In this document: one piece after another, positions 62,802-64,000 of the stretch
Position numbering within the stretch: position 1 is the first letter of the stretch
Layout of the letters: each line of letters begins with the position of its first letter
DNA from: Tagaea sp.
Lineage (GTDB): Bacteria > Pseudomonadota > Alphaproteobacteria > CACIAM-22H2
Reading direction: 5' to 3'
DNA length: 64,000 nucleotides
Assembly: GCA_965279525.1 (NCBI GenBank)
Contig: CBDIIB010000005.1
Span: 1 to 64,000 of the forward strand
Program-made: the position numbers and the translations under genes
Notes under the pieces: generated by a model
Seen by the model: only the letters and a program-made list of their open reading frames with translations
What the model was told of the DNA's origin: nothing
Database searches by the model: none

Positions 62802-64000
62802 GCGATCTTCGCCGTCGCCGCTTCGAGCCAGCCGCGCGTCTGGGCATCCACCAGCGGGCCGATCTCGGCCGCCACGCGCGCGTGATAGGCGTCGAGCCAT
62901 GCGGTTTCGCCCGCATCCAGCAGCTCGCGCGCGACGAGTGCCCGGTCGATGGGGGCAAGCGTCAGCGTCTCGAAACCCAGCATCGGGCGTTCGGCCCCCG
63001 CCGGCATCGGCAGTTCGGTGACCGCGATCAGGTTCTCGATGCGGATTCCGTAGGCGCCGGTCTTGTAGTAGCCCGGCTCGTTCGAAACGATCATGCCCGG
63101 CTGCAGCGCCACGCTGTTGGGCATCTTTGAAATTCGGTGCGGTCCCTCGTGCACCGACAGGTACGAACCCACGCCGTGGCCCGTGCCGTGGTCGTAGTCG
63201 AGGCCCACTTCCCACAGCGCATGGCGTGCGAGCGCGTCGAGCTGCGAGCCCGACGTGCCCTTGGGGAAGCGGGCGCGGGCAAGCGCGATATGGCCCTTCA
63301 GCACGCGCGTGAAACGGTCCTTCTGCTCGTCGGTCGGCTTGCCGACCGCAAGCGTGCGCGTCACGTCGGTCGTGCCGTCGGGATACTGGCCGCCGGAATC
63401 GACGAGGAACAGCATGTCGGGCTCGAGCCGGCGCGAGGTCGACGGCGTGGCGCGGTAATGCACGATGGCGCCGTTGGGCCCGGCGCCCGAGATCGTGTCG
63501 AAGCTCGTGTCGCGCAGGTCGCCGCCCTGCCGGCGGAACTCCAGCAGCTTGTCGCCGACCGCGATCTCGTCCCACTTGCCCGTCGGTGCCTCGCGGGCAA
63601 GCCACGCGAGGAAGCGCACCAGCGATGCGCCGTCGCGCACGTGTGCCGCACGGCTGCCCGCCAGTTCCTGCGGGTTCTTGCAGGCCTTGGGCAGCGCGCA
63701 CACGCACGCGTCGCGCACCAATACCGCACCCGATGCGGCAAGAAGCTGGTCGATCCATGCCGATGCGGTCAGCCGGTCGGTCAGCACGCGCGCCTTGTCG
63801 GCACCCAGCGCTTCGAGGGCGGGTCCCAGCGCTTCGGGTGCCGCCACGCGCACGCGGTTGCCCAGATGCGCCTTCGTCTCGGGCAGAAGCTTGCGTGCGT
63901 CCATGAACAGGTCGAGCGGGCGGCTCTCGTCGGCATGCAGGATCGCGAAACCCAGGGCCAGCGGCGTGTGCGGCACGTCGGCGCCGCGGATGTTGAGCAG
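62798..64000 (-). CDS. Aminopeptidase P family protein (5' part outside the window)
   Basis: DSGGQYPDGTTDVTRT, HGTGHGVG, VHEGP, SNEPGYY, GIRIEN. Confidence 0.93.
   Translation of the reverse strand: MLNIRGADVPHTPLALGFAILHADESRPLDLFMDARKLLPETKAHLGNRVRVAAPEALGPALEALGADKARVLTDRLTASAWIDQLLAASGAVLVRDACVCALPKACKNPQELAGSRAAHVRDGASLVRFLAWLAREAPTGKWDEIAVGDKLLEFRRQGGDLRDTSFDTISGAGPNGAIVHYRATPSTSRRLEPDMLFLVDSGGQYPDGTTDVTRTLAVGKPTDEQKDRFTRVLKGHIALARARFPKGTSGSQLDALARHALWEVGLDYDHGTGHGVGSYLSVHEGPHRISKMPNSVALQPGMIVSNEPGYYKTGAYGIRIENLIAVTELPMPAGAERPMLGFETLTLAPIDRALVARELLDAGETAWLDAYHARVAAEIGPLVDAQTRGWLEAATAKIA

Overview
High-GC alphaproteobacterial chromosome segment (Rhodospirillales-like by gene order; inference), mostly core genome, with no prophage, transposase, integrase or CRISPR array. 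In order: a permuted two-piece tmRNA (tag ANDNVALASEARLAA), sspB, class I fumarase, an hss-ornithine decarboxylase polyamine operon behind a long speF-like leader, a degenerate receiver/Hpt pair, fumC-RHH-Sel1-AsmA, TerC, a TRAP transporter with catabolic enzymes, rnk, GNAT-oxoprolinase, a Dpp-type ABC transporter, tartrate dehydrogenase, djlA-EamA-amidase, an orphan hicB, RNase P RNA, the complete dcw cluster (mraZ to ftsZ), lpxC, bamD, recN, ligA, and a partial aminopeptidase P. The most interesting signals are non-annotated: (i) candidate Arg-rich leader peptides, two apparently leaderless right behind sigma70-like promoters (MVTRTILSSRRRTLGLCPSVR with CGA-CGA-CGA before GNAT-oplA; MSPRRLHSLGRAGRLVAGA before rnk) and one in the hss-odc leader; (ii) a Cle-type c-di-GMP receiver (Asp to Glu) next to an Hpt-like protein (His to Leu), i.e. 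a phosphorelay pair in which both phospho-sites are lost. Family assignments come from motif recognition by eye; no database searches were run.
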